This document shows, in pieces, positions 9,660 to 19,028 of a stretch of 64,000 nucleotides of DNA. The notes beneath the pieces are model-generated. The model worked only from the letters and a program-made list of their open reading frames with translations. It was not told the DNA's origin and did no database searches. Source of the DNA: Candidatus Spongiisociaceae bacterium (GTDB lineage: Bacteria; Actinomycetota; Acidimicrobiia; Spongiisociales; Spongiisociaceae); the NCBI GenBank assembly GCA_965219685.1, contig CBDCOH010000002.1:448001-512000 (forward strand), given 5' to 3'. Each line of letters opens with the position of its first letter. Within the stretch, counting starts at the first letter, position 1. A program made the translations under genes and the position numbers.

Positions 9660-10269
9660 GCAGAGGGATGGGATGCCTCCCCTGCTCGTCCTGGCGTGTG
9701 GGGCGCTGGCGTCGGAGATCCGGCACATTATCCGGATCAACGGCTTGAGCCACATCACCCTGATGTGCCTACCCGCCCGTTTTCACAACACACCGGACCG
9801 TATCGTTCCCGAACTCGAGACCCGGCTCGAACGTTTGGCGCACATGTACGAGAGGATCCTCATCGGGTACGCCGACTGCGGTACCGGGGGCCGGCTCGAC
9901 TCGCTGGTCGACCGCTGGGAGAACGTCGAGCGCCTTCCGGGAGCCCACTGCTACGAGTTCTTCGCGACCTCGCCGAGGTTCATGGAACTCCACGAGGCGG
10001 AACTGGGGACCTTCTACCTGACCGACTTTCTTGCCCGGCACTTCGACCGCCTGGTCTGGGATACGCTCGGGCTGTCCCGCCACCCCCAGTTGCGCGACAT
10101 GTACTTCGGTAACTACCGCAAGCTCGTCTACCTATCGCAGTTCGACGATCCGGAACTCTACAAGATGGCCGAGGAGGCAGCCGACCGCCTGGGCCTCGAG
10201 TTCCATCATCATCCGGTCGGTCTGGGAGATCTTGGTATGAGCTTGGAGAGATTCGCGGCGGCGGGTTGA
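9652..10269 (+). CDS. DUF1638-like protein
   Basis: ACGAL, LPA.FHN.P, YADCGTGG, HCYEFF and FYLTDFL motifs; usual neighbour of corrinoid modules. Confidence 0.8.
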   Translation: MSEQRDGMPPLLVLACGALASEIRHIIRINGLSHITLMCLPARFHNTPDRIVPELETRLERLAHMYERILIGYADCGTGGRLDSLVDRWENVERLPGAHCYEFFATSPRFMELHEAELGTFYLTDFLARHFDRLVWDTLGLSRHPQLRDMYFGNYRKLVYLSQFDDPELYKMAEEAADRLGLEFHHHPVGLGDLGMSLERFAAAG

Positions 10270-10314
10270 TCCGTTCATGCCTGGCGAACGGCGATCGACG
10301 GATCCTCGCGGCTC

Positions 10315-10701
10315 ATGACCGGACGACGAACCAGCGCGCGCAACCAGAGAGCGCGCTCGGAGTTGATCACGATCCTTTGGCGCGACATACCTGCGCAGGT
10401 CACAGCGCGATCGGGAAGGAACAAGATGGCGGTCGAGCTACCGGGACGTTTCCAGACCGCCATAGACCGAGCGGCGATGGTGGCGGGTTGCCACACCTAT
10501 AGCGAGTACATCGAGGAATGGCGCCGGACCGCCACTCCTTGCAGCCAGGACGTGGAGGCAGAGGCGAAGGCGGCAGCCGCCCGGATCGAGCACGAATTTC
10601 CCAACGAGAGATTGTTCCGCATTGCCGCGAACGGGGGATTCGACGAATCCGCGGGGTCCCGGGAACCGCTGCCGGACCGGAGCAAGGACGGGGGGCCATG
10701 A
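10315..10701 (+). CDS. 'Virulence factor' domain small protein, associated with split methionine-synthase clusters
   Basis: WRDIPAQV, RFQTAIDRAAM and Y..EWRR motifs. Confidence 0.75.
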   Translation: MTGRRTSARNQRARSELITILWRDIPAQVTARSGRNKMAVELPGRFQTAIDRAAMVAGCHTYSEYIEEWRRTATPCSQDVEAEAKAAAARIEHEFPNERLFRIAANGGFDESAGSREPLPDRSKDGGP

Positions 10702-11606
10702 CGAGCACGGTCGTCAGTTCGGCAACCAGGGAAGTGGTCATCGGTCCGGATCGCCCCTTCGTGGTCATCGGGGAACGGATCAACCCGACCGGCCGTAAGC
10801 TGCTGGCGGCCGAGATGCGGGAGGGCGACTACCACCGTGTAGAGGCGGACGCCCGAGCCCAGGTGGCGGCCGGCGCCCACATGCTGGATGTGAACGCCGG
10901 TATACCGCTGGCCGACGAGCCGGCCATCCTGGCCGAGGCTATCCGACTGGTCCAGTCCCTCGTGGATGTTCCCCTGGCCATCGATTCGTCGATCGTCGAG
11001 GCGTTGGAAGCAGGTCTGGCCGTGTACGAGGGAAAGGCTCTGGTCAATTCGGTCACGGGCGAGGAGGAACGTCTGGAGCGAGTCCTTCCGCTGGTGGCCA
11101 GGTACGGGGCGGCGGTGGTGGCTATCTCCAACGATGAATCCGGCATTTCCGAGGACCCCGACGTGAGGTTCGAAGTCGCTGCCAAGATCGTGCGGCGGGC
11201 GGCCGACCACGGGATACCGGCAAGCGACGTGGTGGTCGATCCCCTGGTGATGCCGGTGGGAGCGATGCGGTTTGCGGGGGCTCAGGTCTTCCACATCCTG
11301 CGCCGGTTGCGCGAGGAACTCGGGGTCAACTCCACCTGCGGCGCCTCGAACATAAGTTTCGGTCTGCCGAACCGCCACGGGATCAACAGCGCCTTCCTTG
11401 CCATGGCGATCTCGAACGGCCTCACCTCGGCCATAACGAACCCGCTCGAGAGGGAGATCGTAACCGCGATCAAGGCTGCCGACGTGCTGACCGGCAATGA
11501 CCGAGACTGTGTCGCCTGGATCAGAACATTCCGTGAAACGGGAGCGGCGGCCGGCGGCCGGGGTCGCCGCCGCGGCGGCAGGCGACGGGCTGTCAGAGCC
11601 AGGTAG
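10698..11606 (+). CDS. Pterin-binding methyltetrahydrofolate:corrinoid methyltransferase
   Basis: IGERINPTGRK, LDVNAG, IDSS, NSVTGE, GASNISFGLP; ATG 10698 overlaps the upstream stop; Arg-rich C-terminal tail. Confidence 0.92.
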   Translation: MTSTVVSSATREVVIGPDRPFVVIGERINPTGRKLLAAEMREGDYHRVEADARAQVAAGAHMLDVNAGIPLADEPAILAEAIRLVQSLVDVPLAIDSSIVEALEAGLAVYEGKALVNSVTGEEERLERVLPLVARYGAAVVAISNDESGISEDPDVRFEVAAKIVRRAADHGIPASDVVVDPLVMPVGAMRFAGAQVFHILRRLREELGVNSTCGASNISFGLPNRHGINSAFLAMAISNGLTSAITNPLEREIVTAIKAADVLTGNDRDCVAWIRTFRETGAAAGGRGRRRGGRRRAVRAR

Positions 11607-11616
11607 GAGTCGATCC

Positions 11617-13650
11617 ATGGCCGCCCGCCCGGTTCAGGTCATCTTCACCCCCTCCGGAAGGAGGGGAACGGTCGACGCGGGGACAACCGTCCTCGAGGCT
11701 GCCCGCCACCTGGGTGTCGACATCGACTCGGTGTGCGGCGGGAGAGGCTTGTGCGGTCGCTGCCAGGTGACGCTCGGCTCGTCGGTGAGCATCCCCGGCA
11801 CCGAGGATCGCCTGTCGGCGCCGGATGCCGTCGAACTGCGTTTCAGGAACCGGCGCCGTCCCCTGCGCGAAGGTCATCGGCTCTCGTGCGCCGCCCGCCT
11901 GCGGGCCGACGCCGTAGTCGATGTCCCGCCATATAGCCAGGTGCGGAAGCAAGTGGTCCGGAAACGCGCCGAAGTGGTGGACATCCCGGTGGACCCCGTC
12001 GTGCGCCTGCACTACCTCGAGGTCGAGCCTCCCGACATGCACCGCCAAGCCTCGGATCTGGCCCGGGTGCTGCGGGCGCTGGAAGAGCAGTGGGACATCA
12101 TCGGGGTGGAGGTCGACCACCACGTTCTGGTAGTACTGCAGGACGCGCTGCGGGCCGGTGAGTGGACGATCACCCTCGCCGTGCACGATGGGGCCACAGT
12201 CACCGGAGTCTGGCCCGGTTTCCATGACGGGCCGGTGGGTGTGGCGATCGATGTGGGTTCGACGACGGTGGCGGGACATCTCTGCGACCTTTCGACCGGC
12301 TCGATCCTTGCATCAGCCGGGATGATGAATCCCCAGATCCGTTTCGGCGAGGACCTCATGAGCCGTGTCTCCTACGTGATGATGAACGACGGGGGCGAAC
12401 AGGAGTTGACGGGCGCCATCCGGGGCGCCCTGGACCAGTTGGTCGGCGAACTGGTGGAGGCGGCCGGGCTGCAACGGAGCGCGGTCCTTGAGGTGGCACT
12501 GGTCGGCAACCCCATCATGCATCACCTGGTTCTCGGAATCGATCCCCGGAGGCTGGGTGTGGCGCCCTTTGCCCTGGCCACCGACGGCCCGGTCAGGACG
12601 CCGGTCTCCACGATCGGAGTCCAGGCTCATCCGGGTGCCCGACTGTACGTCCTGCCCTGCGTGGCGGGTCACGTCGGCGCCGACGCGGCCGGCGCGGTGC
12701 TGTCGGAGGGTCCTCACCGCGGGCAGGACATCCAGTTGCTGGTCGACGTGGGCACCAACGCCGAGATCGTCCTGGGAAGCGCCGGACGTCTGCTCGCCGC
12801 CTCGAGTCCCACCGGTCCTGCCTTCGAGGGCGCTGAGATCAGTTCCGGTCAGCGAGCAACCCCGGGCGCGATCGAGAGGGTCCGGATCGATCGGACCAGC
12901 CTGGAGCCGCGTTTCAAAGTGATCGGTGCCACGATGTGGTCGGACGAGGAAGGCTTCGAGGAGGCCACGGCCAGCACCGGTGTCATCGGCATATGCGGCT
13001 CCGGGATCATCGAAGCGGTGGCGGAACTCGCCCTCGCCGGCGTGGTGTCATCGGACGGACTCATCGTCGATCCCGGGCGCACGGACCGGGTCACGTCGGA
13101 AGGCCGGTCTGCCACGTACCTGCTCCATGACGGGTCGTCCTCGGGCGGGACCCGCATCGCGATAACCCAGAACGACGTCAGGTCCATCCAGCTTGCCAAG
13201 GCCGCCCTCTACGCGGGTGTCCGGTTGCTCATGGACCACCTGGGAGTGGACCGGGTGGATGAGATCCGGCTGGCGGGTGCGTTCGGCAGCCACATCGATC
13301 CGGTCTACGCCATGGTCCTGGGCATGATTCCCGACTGCGACCTGGACCGTGTCTCGGCCGCAGGCAATGCCGCCGGTACCGGCGCCACGATGGCCCTGCT
13401 CAGCGGCACCGCGCGGCGTGAGATAGAGGGCCTTGTACGGAAGGTGGAGAAGATCGAGACCGCGGTGGCGCCGGGCTTCCAGCAGCACTTCGTGGCGGCG
13501 ATGGCCATTCCCCATGCCACGGCGGCCTTCGAGCAACTGGCCCGGCGGGTGGATCTGTCGGGTATCGCGTCGGGCGAGCCGACCGGCCACGGCCGGCATC
13601 GCCGCAGGACCGGACGCAGGAACCGCAGACGACGGGTAGGAAGGATTTGA
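11617..13650 (+). CDS. ASKHA-domain reductive activator of corrinoid proteins (RACo/DUF4445) with N-terminal 2Fe-2S domain
   Basis: CGGRGLCGRC...C ferredoxin motif; DVGSTT, NPQ..FGED, DVGTNAE, GPAFEG, GICGSG, LAGAFG. SD AGGAG precedes ATG 11617. Confidence 0.92.
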   Translation: MAARPVQVIFTPSGRRGTVDAGTTVLEAARHLGVDIDSVCGGRGLCGRCQVTLGSSVSIPGTEDRLSAPDAVELRFRNRRRPLREGHRLSCAARLRADAVVDVPPYSQVRKQVVRKRAEVVDIPVDPVVRLHYLEVEPPDMHRQASDLARVLRALEEQWDIIGVEVDHHVLVVLQDALRAGEWTITLAVHDGATVTGVWPGFHDGPVGVAIDVGSTTVAGHLCDLSTGSILASAGMMNPQIRFGEDLMSRVSYVMMNDGGEQELTGAIRGALDQLVGELVEAAGLQRSAVLEVALVGNPIMHHLVLGIDPRRLGVAPFALATDGPVRTPVSTIGVQAHPGARLYVLPCVAGHVGADAAGAVLSEGPHRGQDIQLLVDVGTNAEIVLGSAGRLLAASSPTGPAFEGAEISSGQRATPGAIERVRIDRTSLEPRFKVIGATMWSDEEGFEEATASTGVIGICGSGIIEAVAELALAGVVSSDGLIVDPGRTDRVTSEGRSATYLLHDGSSSGGTRIAITQNDVRSIQLAKAALYAGVRLLMDHLGVDRVDEIRLAGAFGSHIDPVYAMVLGMIPDCDLDRVSAAGNAAGTGATMALLSGTARREIEGLVRKVEKIETAVAPGFQQHFVAAMAIPHATAAFEQLARRVDLSGIASGEPTGHGRHRRRTGRRNRRRRVGRI

Positions 13651-13652
13651 AT

Positions 13653-15191
13653 ATGAGAACGCGGCGAAGACGGAGAACCGGGGGACGGGCAGCACGCCAG
13701 GCTATGCGGACAGCCCGGGTCATCGATCAGCAACCGTTCCTCACCCGCGCCCTCGGCCGCACCGAGGTGCTCTCCCAAGAGGGCATCGAGCTAATCGAGC
13801 ACAACGCCGACACGCTCCTCGAGGAGGTTGGCATCGAGATAATGAACTTCCCCGAGGCTCTCTCGATCTACGCGGACGCGGGCGCCGACGTCAGCGGTAC
13901 GCGGGTCCGGTTCCCTCGGGGAATGTGCCGGGAGATCATCACCCGCTCCGCGCCCGCCTCTTTCGTCCAGCACGCCCGGAACCCGGCCCGGTCGGTCACG
14001 ATCGGGGATCCGCACATAGTGTTCGCACCGGCTTACGGCTCCCCGTTCGTGCGCGATACCGACGCCGGTCGCCGCTACGCCACCATCGAGGACTTCAGGA
14101 ACTTCGCGAAGCTCGCCTACATGAGCCCGGCACTGCATCATGGTGGTGGAACCCTCTGCGAGCCGGTCGACCTACCGGTCAACAAGCGCCACTTCGACAT
14201 GCTCTACAGCCATGTCGTTTACCACGACAAGCCGTTCATGTCGTCGGTGACCAAGCCCGAAAGGGCCCAGGACTCGGTCGACGTCGTCAAGATCGTGTTC
14301 GGGGAGGACTTCGTGCGCGACAACACCGTGCTGATGGGCCTGTGCAATGCCAACTCCCCCCTTACATGGGACTACGCGATGCTGGGATCCGCCAAGGTCC
14401 TCGCGGAGAACAACCAGTGTTCCCTGATCACCCCGTTCATCATCGTCGGCGCCATGTCGCCGGTGACAGTGGCCGCGGCGGTGACCCAGACGCTTGCGGA
14501 AGCGCTGGCCGGCATAGCCTTCACCCAGATGGTCCGTCCGGGGGCGCCCGTCATCTTCGGCTCATTCGCCGCGTCGATGTCGATGCAGAGCGGGGCTCCC
14601 ACCTTCGGCACTCCGGAGCCGGCCCTCGTGCTCTACGCGGTTGGCCAACTTGCCTCGCGTCTCGGGATTCCGTTCCGATCGGGTGGCAACCTGACCGCCT
14701 CGAAGATCCCGGATGCCCAGGCTGCATACGAGAGCGCCACCACCTTCCTTCCCGCCCTCTCGGCAGGCGTGAACTTCGTTCTCCATACAGCCGGGTGGCT
14801 CGAGGGTGGCCTGACGATGGGGTACGAGAAGTTCGTGCTCGACGCCGACCAGGCCTCCATGATGGCGCGCCTCGTTGGGGGAGTGGACCTGACCGAGAAC
14901 GGCCAGGCCATGGAGCCGCTCCTGACCAACGGTCCCGGCCAGCATCACCTTGGCACTGCTCATACGATGGCCAATTTCGAAGAGGCCTTCTGGGTGTCGA
15001 GCCAGGCCGATATCGACAGTTTCGAACAGTGGGAGTTGAACGGGTCGTTGGACTCGGTGAGCAGGGCCAACGCGGAGTGGAAGCGCCTACTCTCGGAGTA
15101 CGAGCGGCCGCCCCTGGACGACGCGGTGCACGCCGAGTTGAGCGAGTGGATCGCAATGCGCAAGGCCTCCTTCCCGGACTCGGACGTTTGA
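13653..15191 (+). CDS. MttB-family (non-pyrrolysine) methyltransferase, MtgB-like
   Basis: CEPVD, NANSPL, GAMSPVT, MQSGAPTFG, K.PDAQA.YE and AGWLEGG motifs; no in-frame amber codon. Confidence 0.92.
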   Translation: MRTRRRRRTGGRAARQAMRTARVIDQQPFLTRALGRTEVLSQEGIELIEHNADTLLEEVGIEIMNFPEALSIYADAGADVSGTRVRFPRGMCREIITRSAPASFVQHARNPARSVTIGDPHIVFAPAYGSPFVRDTDAGRRYATIEDFRNFAKLAYMSPALHHGGGTLCEPVDLPVNKRHFDMLYSHVVYHDKPFMSSVTKPERAQDSVDVVKIVFGEDFVRDNTVLMGLCNANSPLTWDYAMLGSAKVLAENNQCSLITPFIIVGAMSPVTVAAAVTQTLAEALAGIAFTQMVRPGAPVIFGSFAASMSMQSGAPTFGTPEPALVLYAVGQLASRLGIPFRSGGNLTASKIPDAQAAYESATTFLPALSAGVNFVLHTAGWLEGGLTMGYEKFVLDADQASMMARLVGGVDLTENGQAMEPLLTNGPGQHHLGTAHTMANFEEAFWVSSQADIDSFEQWELNGSLDSVSRANAEWKRLLSEYERPPLDDAVHAELSEWIAMRKASFPDSDV

Positions 15192-15192
15192 G

Positions 15193-16056
15193 ATGACCGG
15201 TCCATCCAACTCTCGCTCCGGTCTTGACCCCGCCGCTAGGGCGGCGGTCAGACGGATCCTCGAACACCCTAAGTTCGAGGTCCTTCCCCTCAAGAACGTG
15301 CTCGACCAGGTGGGGTGGCTGCCGGAAGGCGCCACGGTGTCCATCACAGCCTCGCCCACCAAGACGCTCGAGGACACGATGAGCGTGGCCGCAGAACTCC
15401 GTCTGCGGGGCTTCGACGTGATACCTCACCTCTCGGCCCGCATGACCCACGACAAGACGCATCTAGCCGGGTTGTTGGGGCGAATGGAGCAGTTGGAGAT
15501 CTCGAGTGTCTTCCTGGTCGGCGGCGATGCGCCGCAGCGCGGGATCTTCCCTGACGCCTACTCCCTGCTGATGGCCATGGACGATCTCGGCCATCACCTC
15601 ACCGACATAGGGGTGACTTCCTACCCCGAGGGACATGCCGTGATCCCCGACCCGAAGCTGCGCCAGGCTCTTCACGACAAGCAGCCCCATGCGGCATACA
15701 TGACGACCCAGATGTGTTTCGACCCCGCAGCGATCGGCGCCTTCATATCCGGTTGCCGGGCCGACGGCATCGCTCTCCCTGTCCAGATCGGGATTCCCGG
15801 GGTGGCAGAACGGTTGAAGCTGATCCAGATCTCGACCCGGATCGGGGTAGGTCAGTCCGTGCGGTTCCTCTCCAAGCACCGGGGGCTGGTGAGCCGGTTC
15901 ATCAAACCCGGCGGGTACGCACCCGAGGACCTTCTCGAAGGCCTGGCGCCGGTGGTCGTAGATCCCGCCGCAGCCATCGTCGGAGTCCACATCTATACGT
16001 TCAACCAGTGCGAGACCACCGAGCGCTGGCGCCAGGAGTACCTGGCGAGCTTGTAG
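15193..16056 (+). CDS. metF: Methylenetetrahydrofolate reductase
   Basis: PHLSAR, GGD, YPEGH, TQMCFD and HIYTFN motifs. Confidence 0.85.
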   Translation: MTGPSNSRSGLDPAARAAVRRILEHPKFEVLPLKNVLDQVGWLPEGATVSITASPTKTLEDTMSVAAELRLRGFDVIPHLSARMTHDKTHLAGLLGRMEQLEISSVFLVGGDAPQRGIFPDAYSLLMAMDDLGHHLTDIGVTSYPEGHAVIPDPKLRQALHDKQPHAAYMTTQMCFDPAAIGAFISGCRADGIALPVQIGIPGVAERLKLIQISTRIGVGQSVRFLSKHRGLVSRFIKPGGYAPEDLLEGLAPVVVDPAAAIVGVHIYTFNQCETTERWRQEYLASL

Positions 16057-16127
16057 TTCTCCGTCGAGCCAATGGCGCGGTGCGGTCCGGGAGCCCCGAA
16101 GTGAAGCCCTCGCCAACGCCGGATCCC

Positions 16128-17879
16128 ATGGTTTCCGGGGGCGTCTCGGCTCGGTTCGATGACCTGGTTGACCGGCACCTATCGCTCAACCTGCACGATC
16201 CGTACCGGGTGTTGGCGACCAACCGCACCGAGGAGGTCCGCGATGTGATCGAGAGGGCGGAGGCGGAGTCGCTGGCCGGGGCGTGGGTGGCCGGTTTCGT
16301 GGCCTACGAGGCGGCGCCCGCCTTCGATGATGCGTTGGTTGTACGGGCGCCTCGGCCCGACCTCCCCCTTGCCTGGTTCGCAGCCTTCCGTTCCTCGGGC
16401 ACCGAGCCGGCTCGACGCGGAGGGGGGTACCGGATGGCTCCTTGGCGTCCGGAGATTTCCGCCGGCGAGTACGAGGCGGACGTGACCGCCATCCAGGAGT
16501 CGATCACCATCGGCGACACCTATCAGGCCAACTACACGTTGCGGCTACGGGGGAGCGTGGAGGGGGATCTGGGATCCGTATATGCCGACCTGCTCCAAGC
16601 GCAAAGGGGCGGTCATCACGCATTGATAAGAACCGGTCGCCACACGGTGGTGTCGGCTTCGCCGGAGCTGTTCTTCAGATGGGACGGTCGAAGGCTGGAG
16701 AGCAGGCCGATGAAGGGGACGATGGCGCGCGGCCGGTGGGAACAGGAGGATCGTCGCCACCGGGAACGTCTGCTTGCCTCGGGCAAGGACCGGGCGGAGA
16801 ACGTCATGATCGTCGACCTTCTGCGTAACGACCTGGGCAGGGTTGCCCGGTTCGGTACGGTGCAGGTCGAGAGGCTGTTCGAGATCGAGCGCTTCGAGAC
16901 GGTCTGGCAGATGACCTCGACGGTCGCCGCCGACACCCTGCCCGGCATAAGCCTGTTCGACATCTTCGCGGCCATGTTCCCGTGCGGCTCGGTGACCGGG
17001 GCGCCGAAGGCCAGGACCATGGAGATAGTCCGGTCGCTGGAGATCTCCCCGCGCGGGGTCTACTGCGGTGCGATCGGGTTGCTGGCGCCACCCGGGTCGG
17101 GGCGGCCCAGGGCCGAGTTCTCAGTGGCGATCCGCACTGTGGTGGTGGACGAGCGGGACGGTTCGGCCGAGTACGGCGTCGGCGGGGGTGTGGTACACGA
17201 GTCGACCGCCGCGGACGAGTACCGGGAGGCGATGGTGAAGGCAAGGGTGCTGGAGCGGCGGAGAGCACCCGTGACCCTGCTCGAGACCATGCGCTGGGAT
17301 CCAGGAGAAGGGATCTGGTTGCTCGAACGGCATCTGGACCGCCTCCGATCCTCGGCCCGATACTTCGGGATCACCCTTCCCGAGGTGGAGATCGCCGGGT
17401 TGCTGGAGAGGGTGGAAGGTGAGGCTCCGCTCCGGGTCCGCCTGCTGGTCCCCGAGCAGGGCCGACCGTGCGCCGAGATGGCGCCGCTGGTCCCAGGTTC
17501 CCCGATCGTGGGTCTCGCGATCGACAGCGTAGCGGTGGACCGATCCGACATCCTCCGGTACCACAAGACCACCTGCCGGGATCGCTACGAGGAGGCGTCT
17601 GCCAGGCACCCCGCGGCCGATGACGTGGTGCTGGTCAACGAACTCGGTCAACTGGTCGAGACGACGATCGCCAATCTCGCGGTACGGGTCGGGGATGAGT
17701 GGCTGACCCCACCCATCGAGGCCGGATGCCTTCCGGGAACCTACCGGCAGGAACTCGTCGATGCCGGTGTCCTCCGCGAGCGCCGCCTCGCGGTGGGCGA
17801 TCTGCTCTCATCCGACGAGATAGCCGTGATCAACTCGGTCCAGGGGTGGCGGCCTGCCAAGCTGCTCGATATCAAATAA
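16128..17879 (+). CDS. pabB: Aminodeoxychorismate synthase component I fused to a class IV aminotransferase/ADC-lyase domain
   Basis: SPELFF, PMKGT, KDRAENVMIVDL.RND, FPCGSVTGAPK, YCGAIG; C-terminal HLDRL, HKTT, GCLPG. Start approximate (16101-16128). Confidence 0.88.
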   Translation: MVSGGVSARFDDLVDRHLSLNLHDPYRVLATNRTEEVRDVIERAEAESLAGAWVAGFVAYEAAPAFDDALVVRAPRPDLPLAWFAAFRSSGTEPARRGGGYRMAPWRPEISAGEYEADVTAIQESITIGDTYQANYTLRLRGSVEGDLGSVYADLLQAQRGGHHALIRTGRHTVVSASPELFFRWDGRRLESRPMKGTMARGRWEQEDRRHRERLLASGKDRAENVMIVDLLRNDLGRVARFGTVQVERLFEIERFETVWQMTSTVAADTLPGISLFDIFAAMFPCGSVTGAPKARTMEIVRSLEISPRGVYCGAIGLLAPPGSGRPRAEFSVAIRTVVVDERDGSAEYGVGGGVVHESTAADEYREAMVKARVLERRRAPVTLLETMRWDPGEGIWLLERHLDRLRSSARYFGITLPEVEIAGLLERVEGEAPLRVRLLVPEQGRPCAEMAPLVPGSPIVGLAIDSVAVDRSDILRYHKTTCRDRYEEASARHPAADDVVLVNELGQLVETTIANLAVRVGDEWLTPPIEAGCLPGTYRQELVDAGVLRERRLAVGDLLSSDEIAVINSVQGWRPAKLLDIK

Positions 17880-17983
17880 TGTCTGGTGGGAGAAAAATTC
17901 TATAGAACAATAGATGTGTTAGGGGTATTAAGGGAAGCTCCAGTGGTATGGTGAGGCCTGACCGACGAAAGGAACCACCCCCC

Positions 17984-18289
17984 ATGAACTCCAGCGACCC
18001 GGTCACCGAACGCCATCTGGATACCAAGCTCGCCGAGTTCCGAGATTCGGTGGAGAGCCGTATCGATACGAAGATCGCGGAGTTGGGGTCCTCCTTGGAG
18101 GCCCGGTTCGATACGAAGATCGCGGAGTTGCGAGCATCCATCGAGACGCGGCTCAATGACCAGACCAGGTGGGTGATCGGCTGGATGACGGTGCTGGTGC
18201 TCGGTGCTACCCGGTCTGGTGATCAGCCTGGGCTAGTCTCCCGGATCGGTGAGGTGGGGGCGGTCAGCGCACAAGGGCCGCTACGGTGA
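17984..18289 (+). CDS. Small coiled-coil protein with C-terminal TM segment (DUF1640-like); possible frameshift near 18210
   Basis: Three 15-aa repeats DTK(L/I)AE followed by RWVIGWMTVLVLG. Removing one C at 18210-18212 would end the protein ...ATGLVISLG at TAG 18234-18236. Confidence 0.6.
   Translation: MNSSDPVTERHLDTKLAEFRDSVESRIDTKIAELGSSLEARFDTKIAELRASIETRLNDQTRWVIGWMTVLVLGATRSGDQPGLVSRIGEVGAVSAQGPLR
18020..18154 (+). repeat. Intragenic 45-bp tandem repeat x3
   Basis: Units begin at 18020, 18065 and 18110; units 2 and 3 share GATACGAAGATCGCGGAGTTG. Confidence 0.8.
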
Positions 18290-18950
18290 GCGTCAGCACC
18301 GCCACCGCGATCAGCAGTGTTCCTAGGCAGCCGCCGGAACGCGTCCTGCGCGCTTTCGCTGGACTCTTCCCGACGGCAGCCGCGCCTCCGGAAGCATCGG
18401 GCGCGTGCTCGCGAAGGACTGCGGCGGTCCGGTCCTCGAGTTCCCTTCTCTCCGCGACCGCCTGCCGGGTCTGATCCTGGAGTTGGGAGAGCTCCGAACG
18501 TTGTTCCTTTGTGAGCCAGCGGGCTTCCACCTTGTCCAACTCGCTTACGGCCTTGGCGGTATCGAGCAGCAGCAACGCTTGGGCGGCCGCCTTCATGTGC
18601 CGTTCGGCCGCCGCCCGGAACCGCGTCTGGCGGCGTACAGCGCCCTCGAGGTGAAGCGTGGCGCCGCGGCGAAGTTCGGCCGACAGGAGAGCGAGCAGGG
18701 TCTCGGTTGTAGGGTCGTCGGCCAGTGCGAGCAGGCCTTCGTAGTGATCGGCGCGGGCCAGGAACTGGATCCGGGCCGCCAGCTTCTCGGCGCGGTCAGT
18801 CGCCTCGGCGCGGCTGGTCCGGACCCGGTCGACCATTTCCTGCTTCACTGGCGGGTCCGCCCGGTTGGCGATGCTCAGTGCCCCATCGAAGTCGAGACCG
18901 TCGAGAGCCGCTTCGAATCCCGCGACCCGACCCGTGTCCTCTGCTGACAT
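18264..18950 (-). CDS. Hypothetical helical protein with C-terminal TM anchor
   Basis: Ala/Leu/Glu/Arg-rich ORF ending GGCLGTLLIAVAVLTLTVAALVR; start set at ATG 18950. Confidence 0.65.
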   Translation of the reverse strand: MSAEDTGRVAGFEAALDGLDFDGALSIANRADPPVKQEMVDRVRTSRAEATDRAEKLAARIQFLARADHYEGLLALADDPTTETLLALLSAELRRGATLHLEGAVRRQTRFRAAAERHMKAAAQALLLLDTAKAVSELDKVEARWLTKEQRSELSQLQDQTRQAVAERRELEDRTAAVLREHAPDASGGAAAVGKSPAKARRTRSGGCLGTLLIAVAVLTLTVAALVR

Positions 18951-19028
18951 GGGCCAGGAGGGTACTTCGATCCCCGGGCTGTCGTGTAGTCTCGACGGCA
19001 TCCCATCCGGCACCACCAAGGAGAGATC

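Noticed and set aside
13653-15191. Pyrrolysine recoding in the MttB-family gene
   Set aside because: The frame is open with no internal TAG, and no pyl genes are in the window.
15714-16100. Long N-terminal extensions in the ORF track for pabB, nrdJ, RACo, mtlA, mtlD and rex
   Set aside because: They overlap neighbouring genes or promoters; internal starts with SD sites or stop-start overlaps fit better.
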